A stretch of DNA of 64,000 nucleotides from Longimicrobiales bacterium. Its GTDB lineage: Bacteria > Gemmatimonadota > Gemmatimonadetes > Longimicrobiales > Gaopeijiaceae. This document shows, in pieces, positions 1 to 8,431 of the stretch; positions within the stretch are counted from its first letter, which is position 1; each line of letters begins with the position of its first letter. A program made the position numbers and the translations under genes. The notes under the pieces are model-generated. The model made no database searches and was not told the origin of the DNA. It worked only from the letters and a program-made list of their open reading frames with translations. The stretch covers positions 2,060,652 to 2,124,651 of the forward strand of contig OZ241869.1 in the NCBI GenBank assembly GCA_965202805.1, in the 5' to 3' direction.

Positions 1-105
1 GTAGTCGGCGGTGGTGTCCTCCCTGCGGCCCGCGTACAGGGACACGCCCACCACGACGCCGAGGAAGACGAGGAACGCGGCGAGATCGATCCGGTCTAGC
101 GCCAT
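1..105 (-). CDS. sodium:solute symporter (SSF) family protein, N-terminal fragment running off the window edge
   Basis: Minus-strand ATG at 105. Reads MALDRIDLAAFLVFLGVVVGVSLYAGRREDTTADY: a first TM helix plus the ...ADY(F)LAGR lead-in typical of SSF transporters. Only 35 codons are visible. Confidence 0.45.
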   Translation of the reverse strand, partial: MALDRIDLAAFLVFLGVVVGVSLYAGRREDTTADY

Positions 106-164
106 CCTTCAACGTACGTGAGTTGCTTACCGGCTGTCACCGGCGAACGGTGGGATAGGCATCC

Positions 165-563
165 CTACCTGGGATCCAGGAGCTGGTCGCAGTGCATCCA
201 GAGGACTCGCGAGTAGCGGAACAACAGCGGAACCAGCAGAGGAAGCATCACCGCCATCGTCAGGATGGACTGATTCGCCGAGAAGCCCGCGAACGCCATC
301 AGGACCACACCGAGCGGCGCGCACAGGGCCAGGCCCAACCCGTAGCTGAAGTACATGGCCCCGGTGAAGTAACCCGGCTCTCTCTCGTAGTGCAGCCCGC
401 AGGAGGGGCAAAGGGGGTGCATCCTCCAGAGGCTCTCGAAGACCGCGCCGTCCAGACAGCGCGGGCACCGGAGTCGGACGATGGCCCGGAGGCGTCTCGG
501 CAGCCCCTCTCTCATCGACGCGGCGCGCGACCGTTCGGGAGCCGGCCCGCGGCCGCGGGGCAT
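165..563 (-). CDS. DUF983-like small membrane protein with N-terminal zinc ribbon
   Basis: Last 132 codons of the shadow-extended ORF 165..2219. CPRC...CPSC zinc-ribbon pair followed by two hydrophobic helices. ATG 563 overlaps the stop of the upstream SDR gene (ATGA). Alternative start is ATG 515. Confidence 0.6.
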   Translation of the reverse strand: MPRGRGPAPERSRAASMREGLPRRLRAIVRLRCPRCLDGAVFESLWRMHPLCPSCGLHYEREPGYFTGAMYFSYGLGLALCAPLGVVLMAFAGFSANQSILTMAVMLPLLVPLLFRYSRVLWMHCDQLLDPR

Positions 564-1357
564 CAGGACCGACCCGAAGGCGGCGTGTACCTTCCGTCTA
601 TGGCGGTCCAGCCGCCGTCCGCGAAAAGGACCGACCCGGTGACGTAGCTGGCCGCGTCCGAGGCGAGGAAAACGGTCGGGCCGGCCATCTCGCGGGCGCT
701 CGCCCAGCGGTTGAGGATGTTGCGCGCGGCATAGGCGCCGTACCAGTCCGGGCTGTCCTTGATCGGGCTCGTGAGCGGCGTGTCGATCACGCCGGGCGCG
801 ACCGCATTGACCCTCACCCCGCGGGGCCCGAGTTCGGCCGCGGCGACGCGCACCATCTGCACGATCCCCGCCTTGGTGGCGGCGTACATGCTCTGGCCCG
901 GCTCGACCACCACGGACCGGATCGAGCTGAAGAGGATGATGGACCCCGAGCCCTGCGCGCTCATGATCCGTCCCGCGGACTGGATGACGTGCGCGCCACC
1001 CTTGAGGTTGAGTCCCAGAACGCGGTCGATCTCCTCGTCGGTGTAGTCGAGGAGGGGCTTGCGCACGTTCACTCCGGGGGTGCAGACGACGACGTCGAGT
1101 GAGCCGCGGGCGGTCGTGATGTCCTCGAACGCGCGCGTGACCGCCGGGCCGTCCATGATGTCCAGGGGGGCGGAGGCGGCCTCGCCCCCGGCGGCGCGGA
1201 TGGTCGCCGCGGTGCGGGCGGCGGCGGCCGCGTCGATGTCGAGGCAGGACACGTGCGCGCCCGCCTCCGCGCATCCGACCGCGACGGCCTCGCCGATGCC
1301 GGAGCCGCCTCCGACGACCGCGGCGGCACGTCCCTCCAGGCTGAACATCGTGGTCAC
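563..1357 (-). CDS. SDR family oxidoreductase
   Basis: 264 aa. Rossmann motif VVGGGSGIG, catalytic YAATK (YxxxK) and a PG motif. GTG start lies 5 nt after GGAGG. Confidence 0.85.
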   Translation of the reverse strand: MTTMFSLEGRAAAVVGGGSGIGEAVAVGCAEAGAHVSCLDIDAAAAARTAATIRAAGGEAASAPLDIMDGPAVTRAFEDITTARGSLDVVVCTPGVNVRKPLLDYTDEEIDRVLGLNLKGGAHVIQSAGRIMSAQGSGSIILFSSIRSVVVEPGQSMYAATKAGIVQMVRVAAAELGPRGVRVNAVAPGVIDTPLTSPIKDSPDWYGAYAARNILNRWASAREMAGPTVFLASDAASYVTGSVLFADGGWTAIDGRYTPPSGRS

Positions 1358-1523
1358 GGGAAGCCTCCGGCGGGGTTTCGTGTGGTGAAGGGGCGGCGCA
1401 CAATGTAAGGATCACGCGCGCGGGGCAACCCGGCTCACGGGCATGACATACGCCCCGCACACCGCCTCCGCTACCTCCAGCCCCGGCCTCCGCTACCTCC
1501 AATCCCCGGCCTCGGAGACCCGC

Positions 1524-2813
1524 ATGCACCACGTAGACCCGCCAACGCGCATTCGCCGAGACGACCGCGTCCTCGCCGAAGTGGAGGCCGCGCGCGACGA
1601 AATCGTGGCCTTTACGGCCGAGATGATCCGGATCCCCACGGTGAATCCCCCGGGAGCGTGCTACCGCGAGTGCGCCGAACTGATCGGCCGGCGGTTGCGG
1701 GCGACAGGCCTGGCGGTGGAGCACGTGGAGGCCGGGGGGCGCCCCGAGCACACCGCCGCATACCCCAGGGTGAACGTGGTCGGGCGGGGGGCGGCCGTTC
1801 CGGGGCTCCCGCGGCTCCACCTGAACGGCCACTTCGACGTGGTTCCGCCGGGGGACGGCTGGACGGTCGATCCCTTCGCGGGGGTGGTGCGCGACGGGCG
1901 CATCTACGGAAGGGGTGCGTCGGACATGAAGTCGGGGATCGCCGCCGCCGTCTTCGCGGTCGAGGCGCTGCGGCGGGCCGGAGTCGAGCTCGAGGGAGCC
2001 GTGGACATCAGCGCCACCGTCGACGAGGAGAGCGGCGGCTTCGCGGGCGTGGCGCACCTGTGCGAAACCGGGATCATCTCGAGCGACGATACCCGGTACG
2101 CAATCATCCCCGAGCCGTTCGGACCCGCCCGCGTGTGCCTGGGGCACAGGGGCGTCTACTGGTTCGATGTGGTCGCGCACGGCCACACCGCGCACGGCAG
2201 CATGAGCCATCTCGGGCACAGCGCCATCGACGACATGGGAGCCCTTCTGGAAGCCTTCCGAACCCGGCTCGCCCCCGAACTCGCGACGCGCATTTCCGCT
2301 CTGCCCATCGTGCCCGAGCCCTCCCGGCGCCCCTCCCTGAACGTCAACGCGATCACCGGCGGCCAGGCCGACGAAGGGACGCAGTCGCCCTGCGTGGCCG
2401 ACCTCTGCGTGGCCACCATCGACCGCCGTTTCATCCCCGAGGAGTCACTCGACGGGGTCCGCGGCGAAATCGCGCGCCTGGTCAGGTCGGTGGAAGGCGA
2501 CGACCCGGAACGTCGTTTCACCATCGAGGAGCGCATGGTGGTCCACCCGACCGCCGCGCCGCCCGGGTCACCGCTCGTGGCCGCCCTGTCCCGCGCGGTG
2601 GAAAGGGTACGCGGCCGCCCTGCGGAACTCGTGGCCAGTCCCGGCACCTACGACCAGAAGCATTTTGCCCGCATCGCCGGCATCGAGCACTGCGTGGCCT
2701 ACGGTCCCGGGCCCCTCGAGGAGGCACACCAGCCGGACGAGTCCTGCGCGGTGGACGACCTCGTCGCGAGCACCCAGGTGCTGGCGCTGGCGGCGCTGGA
2801 GCTGGTGGGGTGA
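1524..2813 (+). CDS. M20 family metallopeptidase (ArgE/DapE/acetylornithine deacetylase-like)
   Basis: Motifs RIPTVNPPG, HLNGHFDVVPPG, GRGASDMKSG and TVDEESGG. I chose ATG 1524 (GGAG about 6 nt upstream) over the first ATG at 1443, which has no SD. Confidence 0.8.
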   Translation: MHHVDPPTRIRRDDRVLAEVEAARDEIVAFTAEMIRIPTVNPPGACYRECAELIGRRLRATGLAVEHVEAGGRPEHTAAYPRVNVVGRGAAVPGLPRLHLNGHFDVVPPGDGWTVDPFAGVVRDGRIYGRGASDMKSGIAAAVFAVEALRRAGVELEGAVDISATVDEESGGFAGVAHLCETGIISSDDTRYAIIPEPFGPARVCLGHRGVYWFDVVAHGHTAHGSMSHLGHSAIDDMGALLEAFRTRLAPELATRISALPIVPEPSRRPSLNVNAITGGQADEGTQSPCVADLCVATIDRRFIPEESLDGVRGEIARLVRSVEGDDPERRFTIEERMVVHPTAAPPGSPLVAALSRAVERVRGRPAELVASPGTYDQKHFARIAGIEHCVAYGPGPLEEAHQPDESCAVDDLVASTQVLALAALELVG

Positions 2814-2878
2814 ACCGAACACGTCGCGCGACAGCCTCGGGCACGCCGAGAAACCGGGTGAAGCCCTGACAGGTCTGC

Positions 2879-2947
2879 ATGGGACGCTTCAGCTGAAACG
2901 CGAAGGGGGCGAAACGGGCCACGGGCTGTCCCAGCCGCGCCACCGGA
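2879..2947 (-). repeat. 69-nt degenerate copy of an internal segment of the adjacent galactokinase-like gene
   Basis: Hand alignment to 3969..4037 gives about 62/69 identities with two 1-nt indels. The minus-strand reading still gives RFAPFAFQLKRP, as in the parent gene. It lies just 3' of the kinase stop codon (2957). Confidence 0.7.
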
Positions 2948-2956
2948 GCTGCGAGG

Positions 2957-4240
2957 CTACACCTCCCGGACCCCTGCCCCTCCGCCGGGCTTCGCGACGA
3001 ACAACATGTTGCGGGTCGGCGGCCGGCCCAGGCGTGGCTCGTAGAACCGCGTGGCGAGCGCCTCCATGACGGGCGCGATGGTGGTGACATCGCATAGCGC
3101 GACGGCGCAGCCACCGAAGCCGGCTCCGGTGAGGCGCGCTCCCGCCGCCCCCGCCCCGAGGGCCACCGATACGATTTCGTCGAGCTCACCTGTGCTCACC
3201 TCGTAGTCGTCGCGGAGGCTTTCGTGCGACCGCACCATGAGGTCGCCGAAGCGGTGCAGGTCACCGTCGCGCATGGCTTGCTCGGCCTGCGCCACCCGGC
3301 GGCCCTCCGTAACCACATGGCGGAAGCGCCGAAACAGCACGGGGGCGAGGGCACGGCGCGCGTGGCGGAGCAGGCCGTCCGGGTCGTCCGAGGCGACCAG
3401 GTCGCGGTAGGTTGGCTGTCCGAGTCCCTCCAGCGCCTCCCGGCACTGCCTCGCGCGTTCGTTATAGGCCTCGCGCGCGCCCGCGGACTTCTCGGCACGA
3501 ACCAGCGACGACGCCACCACCCACCGCCACTCCTCCGGCACGGCCACCGGCGTCACGCGCAGCGGGTCGAACTCGATGCGGAGGGCGTGTCCCTCGACCC
3601 CGTGAAGGCATGCGGCCTGGTCCATCCCGCCTCCTTCGAGCCCGACGAAGCGCTCGGCGCGCGCCATCAGGGCCGCGAGTTCCAATCGGGAGAGCGCGGC
3701 CTGGATGCGAGTTGTCTCCCGGACACCCGTCCCGGGCAACGCTGCACCGCCACTCCCTGTCCGTTCCCCCACCTCGACCCCGTTCGCCCTCAGCAGCGCC
3801 AGCGCCGACGCCACCACCAGCGCCGACGACGATGAGAGCCCCGACGCGATCGGGACATCGCCGGTGACCGTCCCCTCGATGCCTCGCTCCAGCAGCACCC
3901 CGTGCTCCAGCAGTCCCCGCGCCGCGGCCCGCACGTAGTTTGACCAGTCGCCCTGGTCCGCCGCCTCAATGGGACGTTTCAGCTGAAACGCGAACGGCGC
4001 GAAACGGGTCGACGGGCTGTCCAGCCGCACCACCGGATCGTCCACGACGCGGAAATCGACGCGCACCTCCCGGTCGATTGCGATGGGGAGGACCGGCAGG
4101 CCGTTGTAGTCGGTGTGCTCGCCGATCAGGTTGACGCGGCCGGGCGCGGTGACTCGCCAACGGGCTCGAGCCGGCCGCGCGCCCGCACCGGCCTCGCGCG
4201 TCGCCCCGGACGGCCCTCCTCCTCCAACGCCACCGCTCAA
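2957..4240 (-). CDS. galK: GHMP-family anomeric sugar kinase, galactokinase-like
   Basis: APGRVNLIGEHTDYNGLPVLPIAI galactokinase signature and the GHMP motif PIASGLSSSSALVVA. There is no in-frame ATG or GTG downstream of the symporter stop. I therefore propose TTG at 4240 (TTGA overlap with the symporter stop); this start is uncertain. The rest of ORF 2957..4684 overlaps the symporter gene and is rejected. Confidence 0.8.
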   Translation of the reverse strand: MSGGVGGGGPSGATREAGAGARPARARWRVTAPGRVNLIGEHTDYNGLPVLPIAIDREVRVDFRVVDDPVVRLDSPSTRFAPFAFQLKRPIEAADQGDWSNYVRAAARGLLEHGVLLERGIEGTVTGDVPIASGLSSSSALVVASALALLRANGVEVGERTGSGGAALPGTGVRETTRIQAALSRLELAALMARAERFVGLEGGGMDQAACLHGVEGHALRIEFDPLRVTPVAVPEEWRWVVASSLVRAEKSAGAREAYNERARQCREALEGLGQPTYRDLVASDDPDGLLRHARRALAPVLFRRFRHVVTEGRRVAQAEQAMRDGDLHRFGDLMVRSHESLRDDYEVSTGELDEIVSVALGAGAAGARLTGAGFGGCAVALCDVTTIAPVMEALATRFYEPRLGRPPTRNMLFVAKPGGGAGVREV

Positions 4241-6009
4241 TCCGAGTAGCCCAGCTTCGGCAACAGCCGGAAGAGCCAGACCCCCGCTCCTGCCGAGATC
4301 GCCAGCGCGACCACCGCCGCCAGGGCCTGCCCGTACAGCAGATACCCGGTCCCGAAGAGGGCCGCGTAGACCAGCACGCACCCGAGGAACCAGGCCAGGA
4401 AGGCAGCGGTGATCGATTCGGCGCCGCGCGGCCCGTCGCCCACGTCGACGACCCGCCGCCATCCCCGGCCCATGGGCCGGATCCTGTCGTAGAAGCCCTG
4501 CAGCGTCTCGGAATCGGCGGGCGCCGTAAGGAAGGTCACCGAGAGCCAGCCGACCGTCGTTACCGCCACGCCGATCACGAGCTGCGTCCAAGCCGGGAGC
4601 GGCGCGAGTCCCAGCGCCCCGTGCACCCAGGCGAAATAGACCGCGACCAGGAACGAGATCGTCATGCCGGCCAGCTCGCTCCACACGTTCACGCGGTACC
4701 AGAACCAGCGCAGGAGGAAGATGAGCCCGGTTCCGGCCCCGATCTGGAGGAGGATCTGGAACCCCTGCCCCGCCGTGTCGAGCTGCAGCGCGATGAAGGC
4801 GCCGAGCACCATCAATCCCACCGTCGACAGCCGCCCCACGGCCACCAGCCGCCGCTGGCTCGCGTCCGGGTTCACGAAGCGGCGGTAGAAGTCGCTGACC
4901 ACGTAGGACGATCCCCAGTTGAGCTGGGTGCTGATCGTCGACATGTACGCGGCCGCCAGCGAGGCGACCACCAGCCCGAGCAGCCCGGCGGGCAGGAACA
5001 CCAGCATGGCCGGATAGGCCAGATCATTGCCCACCAGCCCGGGATCCAGCTCCGGGAAGCGGGCCTGGATGTCGGACAGCTCCGGGTATACGAGCATCGA
5101 GCACAGCGCCACGATGATCCACGGCCAGGGACGGAGCCCGTAGTGCGCGATGTTGAACCACAGCGTGGCCTTCATCGACTCCTTCTCGTTCTTCGCCGCG
5201 AGCATGCGCTGGGCGACATAGCCCCCGCCCCCGGGCTCGGCGCCGGGATACCACGCGCTCCACCACTGCACCGCGATGGGGATGATGAAGATCCCCGCGG
5301 CGACGCTCCAGTCGGAGAAGTCCGGGAAGAAGTTCATCGCAGACTGCAGGTCGGGGTGCGAGACCAGCCCCGCGAGCCCGCCGACCTCCGGCTGGCGCAG
5401 CGCGAACACGGCGGCCGCGACCGAGCCGATCATGGCCACGACGAAGAGCACGAGGTCGGTCACGACGACCCCCCAGAGCCCCGAAGTCGCGGAGTAGATC
5501 ATGGTCACGGTGCCCGCGATCAGGACCGTGGTCAGGGGATCCAGCCCCAGGAGCACGCCGCCGATCTTGGTCGCCGCGAGCGTCACCGTCGCGATGATCA
5601 TCACGTTGTAGAAGACGCCGAGATAGAGCGCCCGGAACCCCCGCAGAAACGCTGCCGCTCGCCCGGAATAGCGCAGCTCGTAGAACTCGATGTCGGTCAG
5701 CGCGCCCGACCGCCGCCAGAGCCTCGCGTAGAAGAAGACCGTGCACATCCCGGTGATCAGGAAGGCCCACCAGGACCAGTTCTGCGCGACCCCGCCGCCG
5801 CGCACGAAGTCCGCGATCAGGTTGGGCGTGTCGGTCGAGAAGGTGGTTGCGACCATCGACGTGCCCAGCAGCCACCACGGCAGCTTCCGCCCCGACAGGA
5901 AGAACTCGTCCGCCCCGGACCCCGCGCGCCGGGCGAAGCGCAGGCCGATGGCGAGGGCGGTGAGCCCGTACAGCGCGATGACGATCCAGTCGAGCGTGGT
6001 GAGTTGCAT
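4237..6009 (-). CDS. sodium:solute symporter (SSF) family transporter
   Basis: 590 aa and polytopic. The N-terminus ...FFLSGRKLPWWLLGTSMVATTFSTDTPN is typical of SSF. The ATG lies 6 nt after the upstream gene's stop. Confidence 0.85.
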   Translation of the reverse strand: MQLTTLDWIVIALYGLTALAIGLRFARRAGSGADEFFLSGRKLPWWLLGTSMVATTFSTDTPNLIADFVRGGGVAQNWSWWAFLITGMCTVFFYARLWRRSGALTDIEFYELRYSGRAAAFLRGFRALYLGVFYNVMIIATVTLAATKIGGVLLGLDPLTTVLIAGTVTMIYSATSGLWGVVVTDLVLFVVAMIGSVAAAVFALRQPEVGGLAGLVSHPDLQSAMNFFPDFSDWSVAAGIFIIPIAVQWWSAWYPGAEPGGGGYVAQRMLAAKNEKESMKATLWFNIAHYGLRPWPWIIVALCSMLVYPELSDIQARFPELDPGLVGNDLAYPAMLVFLPAGLLGLVVASLAAAYMSTISTQLNWGSSYVVSDFYRRFVNPDASQRRLVAVGRLSTVGLMVLGAFIALQLDTAGQGFQILLQIGAGTGLIFLLRWFWYRVNVWSELAGMTISFLVAVYFAWVHGALGLAPLPAWTQLVIGVAVTTVGWLSVTFLTAPADSETLQGFYDRIRPMGRGWRRVVDVGDGPRGAESITAAFLAWFLGCVLVYAALFGTGYLLYGQALAAVVALAISAGAGVWLFRLLPKLGYSD

Positions 6010-6015
6010 TCGGTG

Positions 6016-7179
6016 TCACTCGCGGGAGAAGGGGGTTGGCGGAGCGTCCCGCGGGCCTGGCGGAGCGTCCCGCAGGGTTGGCCGGGCGTCCCGCGGGCCT
6101 GGCCGGGCGTCCCGCGGGGTCGGCTGCGCGTCCCGAAGGGATGGCCGAGCGTCCCATAGCGTTGGCCGAGCGTCCCATAGCGTTGGCCGAGCGTCCCATA
6201 GGGGCATCGGATAGACCCCCGAGTCTACCAGCCCCCGCAGCGATCGGGCCACTCCCGCATGATCGCCGGGGAACGTGACGCCGAGCCACAGCTCCCGGGT
6301 GGGCAGCACGGTGCAGCGCGCACGGCCCGCCCCGATCAGGTCGTTCATCGCCTCCGAGAGGTAGAATTCGCGGTCGAGGCCCGGCCCCGAAGCGAGAAAC
6401 GCGGCGAACAAGTCGCGCAGCGGCAGAAGGATGTCCGGCTGGAAGCCCCAGAGGTTGGTGCAGACGGGGGTTCGCAGGGGGACCTCGAGCCGCTGGCCAG
6501 CTACGTCCCGGCCCATGGCGCGGTCTCCTTCGCGTCGGAGCTCGAGCCCCTCGGTCAGCCGCTGCAGCACGCCCGATTCGTCGATCTCGCAGAGGCCGCG
6601 GGAGACACCACCGCTCCCTGAGAGCGTGACTTCGAGGGGATAGCCTATGATGAAGGCGCGGGTGAGATCGCCGGAAGTCATGTCAACATTACAATCTGTA
6701 ATGTCAGCATTACTCTCCGCCGGACGTGGGCCGCTCGTTGCCGGATCCGAGCCCCGCATCGCGCGGATCAACGCTACGTACGCCCCCCGTCCGTAGAAGT
6801 CGTCGGCGTTGCACACCGCGAAGGGCCCGTTGACCTGTTCCCTCGCCGTCAGGACGGCGAAGCCGGTACCCCAGGGGCGGGTTCGCCCGGGTGGCGGGTC
6901 ATCCACGAGCCCCGGATGGACCATCCGCTGGTTCGCGTAGCGGATGTCGAGGTGGGCCGCCGCATCGCGCAGGTGCGCGTCGAAATCGGGCCGAAGCGTC
7001 TCCTGGACGACGAGCAGGAAGCGGGTGAAGCCGGCGTGCGCGGCATCGTAGAGGGCGTAGTCGAGGAGAGCCTCGCCGCCCGGGCCGATGGGCGCAAGCT
7101 GCTTCAGGCGGCCGAACCGGGTGGAGCGGCCGGCCGCGAGGATGACCAGTGTGAGGGGTGGATCCAGTTTCGTTACCAT
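6016..7179 (-). CDS. sugar-1-phosphate nucleotidylyltransferase-like protein with C-terminal heptapeptide-repeat tail
   Basis: N-terminal LVILAAGRSTRFGRLKQL (GxG(T/S)R...K pyrophosphorylase signature) and CNADDFYG. The last ~60 aa are repeats: WDARPTL WDARPTL WDARPSL RDAQPTP RDARPGP RDARPTL RDAPPGP RDAPPTP. Confidence 0.75.
   Translation of the reverse strand: MVTKLDPPLTLVILAAGRSTRFGRLKQLAPIGPGGEALLDYALYDAAHAGFTRFLLVVQETLRPDFDAHLRDAAAHLDIRYANQRMVHPGLVDDPPPGRTRPWGTGFAVLTAREQVNGPFAVCNADDFYGRGAYVALIRAMRGSDPATSGPRPAESNADITDCNVDMTSGDLTRAFIIGYPLEVTLSGSGGVSRGLCEIDESGVLQRLTEGLELRREGDRAMGRDVAGQRLEVPLRTPVCTNLWGFQPDILLPLRDLFAAFLASGPGLDREFYLSEAMNDLIGAGRARCTVLPTRELWLGVTFPGDHAGVARSLRGLVDSGVYPMPLWDARPTLWDARPTLWDARPSLRDAQPTPRDARPGPRDARPTLRDAPPGPRDAPPTPFSRE
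6038..6205. repeat. 8 x 21-bp tandem repeat (GGCCGAGCGTCCCATAGCGTT-type unit), in frame within the nucleotidylyltransferase 3' end
   Basis: Counted directly. Units start at 6038, 6059, 6080, 6101, 6122, 6143, 6164 and 6185. Units 6 and 7 are identical. Divergence increases toward the gene's 3' end. Confidence 0.95.
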
Positions 7180-7326
7180 CGATGCCGGTTTGGGTTACCG
7201 TATACAATACCGAAGTCCACCACGGCAGGAGAGGGAGGCTCTGGAGACGATGACGGGCCGGGAGGGCGCCAGACACGTGGATGCAGACACGGAACGGGAC
7301 TCGGCGGAGCGCCGGAGCTGTCCCGC

Positions 7327-8295
7327 GTGAGCCGGAGGGTCCTCATCACCGGCGGCGCCGGATTCGTCGGGAGCCACGTGGCCGACGCCCACATCGCACG
7401 GGGCGATCGGGTCTGGATCATGGACGACCTCTCTTCGGGGCGGCTCGCGAACCTCCCCTCCCGCGCCGAGTTCGTCGAGATGAAAATCGGCGACCCCCGC
7501 GCCCGGGAGCTGATCAGCGATGTCGGCTTCGACCTGATCAACCACCACGCGGCGCAGATCGACGTTCGCGCCTCCGTAACAGACCCCATCGCGGACGCCA
7601 GGACGAACATCGTCGGCCTCATCAACATCCTGGAGGCGGCGCGCGACGCGGGGACCCGGCGGGTGGTCTTCGTGTCCAGCGGAGGCGTCGTCTACGGAGA
7701 GCCCGAGGTGTATCCCACGCCCGAGAGCGCCCCCAAGCGCCCGGTGTCCCCCTACGGGGTGTCGAAGCTCGCCGGTGAACACTACCTCGACTCATTTCGC
7801 GAAGTGCACGGCCTCGAGTGCGCGGTGCTCCGGTACGGCAACGTCTACGGCCCCAGGCAGGATCCCCACGGGGAGGCGGGCGTGGTGGCCATCTTCTGCA
7901 ATCGTCTGATCGACGGCCAAACCCTGGACATCTACGGCGACGGCGAGCAGACCCGGGACTACGTCTACGCGGAGGACGTGGCGACCGCCAACCTGATCGC
8001 CGCCGACATGCCGCTCGAGGACGACGCCGGAATCGATGCGAGAGCCTTCAACGTGGGCACCGGGGAGGCGACGAGCGTGAACACGCTGGCGACCCTCCTG
8101 GAAGAGATCGCGGGCGTACGTCCCGGCCGGATCCACAGGGACGCCCGTCCCGGCGAGCTTCGTCGCAGCGTGCTCTCGACGGCGCGCATCCGCGCGATGG
8201 GCTGGTCGCCCGCGCACACCCTGCGCGAGGGGCTGGCGCGCACGTTCAGGCACATCGCGTCGGAGAGGGCGGCGACTCCTCCGCGTTCGGTCTGA
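7327..8295 (+). CDS. NAD-dependent epimerase/dehydratase (UDP-hexose 4-epimerase-like extended SDR)
   Basis: GTG 7327 is in frame with ORF 6916..8295. ITGGAGFVGSH Rossmann motif, SPYGVSK (YxxxK); 322 aa. The upstream part of the ORF is antisense to the nucleotidylyltransferase gene. Confidence 0.85.
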   Translation: MSRRVLITGGAGFVGSHVADAHIARGDRVWIMDDLSSGRLANLPSRAEFVEMKIGDPRARELISDVGFDLINHHAAQIDVRASVTDPIADARTNIVGLINILEAARDAGTRRVVFVSSGGVVYGEPEVYPTPESAPKRPVSPYGVSKLAGEHYLDSFREVHGLECAVLRYGNVYGPRQDPHGEAGVVAIFCNRLIDGQTLDIYGDGEQTRDYVYAEDVATANLIAADMPLEDDAGIDARAFNVGTGEATSVNTLATLLEEIAGVRPGRIHRDARPGELRRSVLSTARIRAMGWSPAHTLREGLARTFRHIASERAATPPRSV

Positions 8296-8316
8296 TCTCT
8301 CGACGGTGCAAATGAC

Positions 8317-8349
8317 CCACGAGGTGGGTGATTATCACCCATCAGGTGG
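8317..8349. repeat. 33-bp imperfect palindrome with perfect core GGGTGAT-T-ATCACCC
   Basis: Arms ccacgaggtgggtgat / atcacccatcaggtgg match at 13 of 16 positions. The inner 7+1+7 core is perfect. Lies in the convergent spacer just after the epimerase stop. Confidence 0.6.
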
Positions 8350-8431
8350 TCGATCTGCACTCGTTGGGGTATGACGCGCACGGCATACGTGGAGTGGATG
8401 GCGGGCCGCATCGCCCAGGCGGGAGGGTGAC

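Noticed and set aside
165-2219. 684-aa minus-strand ORF spanning the SDR and M20 genes
   Set aside because: Arg/Pro/Gly-rich low-complexity translation, antisense or out of frame to two well-supported genes. Only its last 132 codons (the DUF983-like protein) look real. A typical high-GC shadow ORF.
2957-4684. 575-aa version of the galactokinase ORF, which would imply a long N-terminal extension
   Set aside because: The upstream ~150 codons overlap the 3' end of the SSF symporter gene in another frame. They are Arg/Gly-rich low-complexity sequence. The kinase signature begins about 30 codons after the proposed TTG start.
6036-6278. Plus-strand ORF reading the 21-bp repeats as AERPAGL units, and the possibility that the array is a CRISPR
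   Set aside because: The repeats are contiguous with no spacers and there are no cas genes, so this is not a CRISPR. The minus-strand frame is continuous with a recognisable nucleotidylyltransferase, so the plus-strand reading is the mirror artefact.
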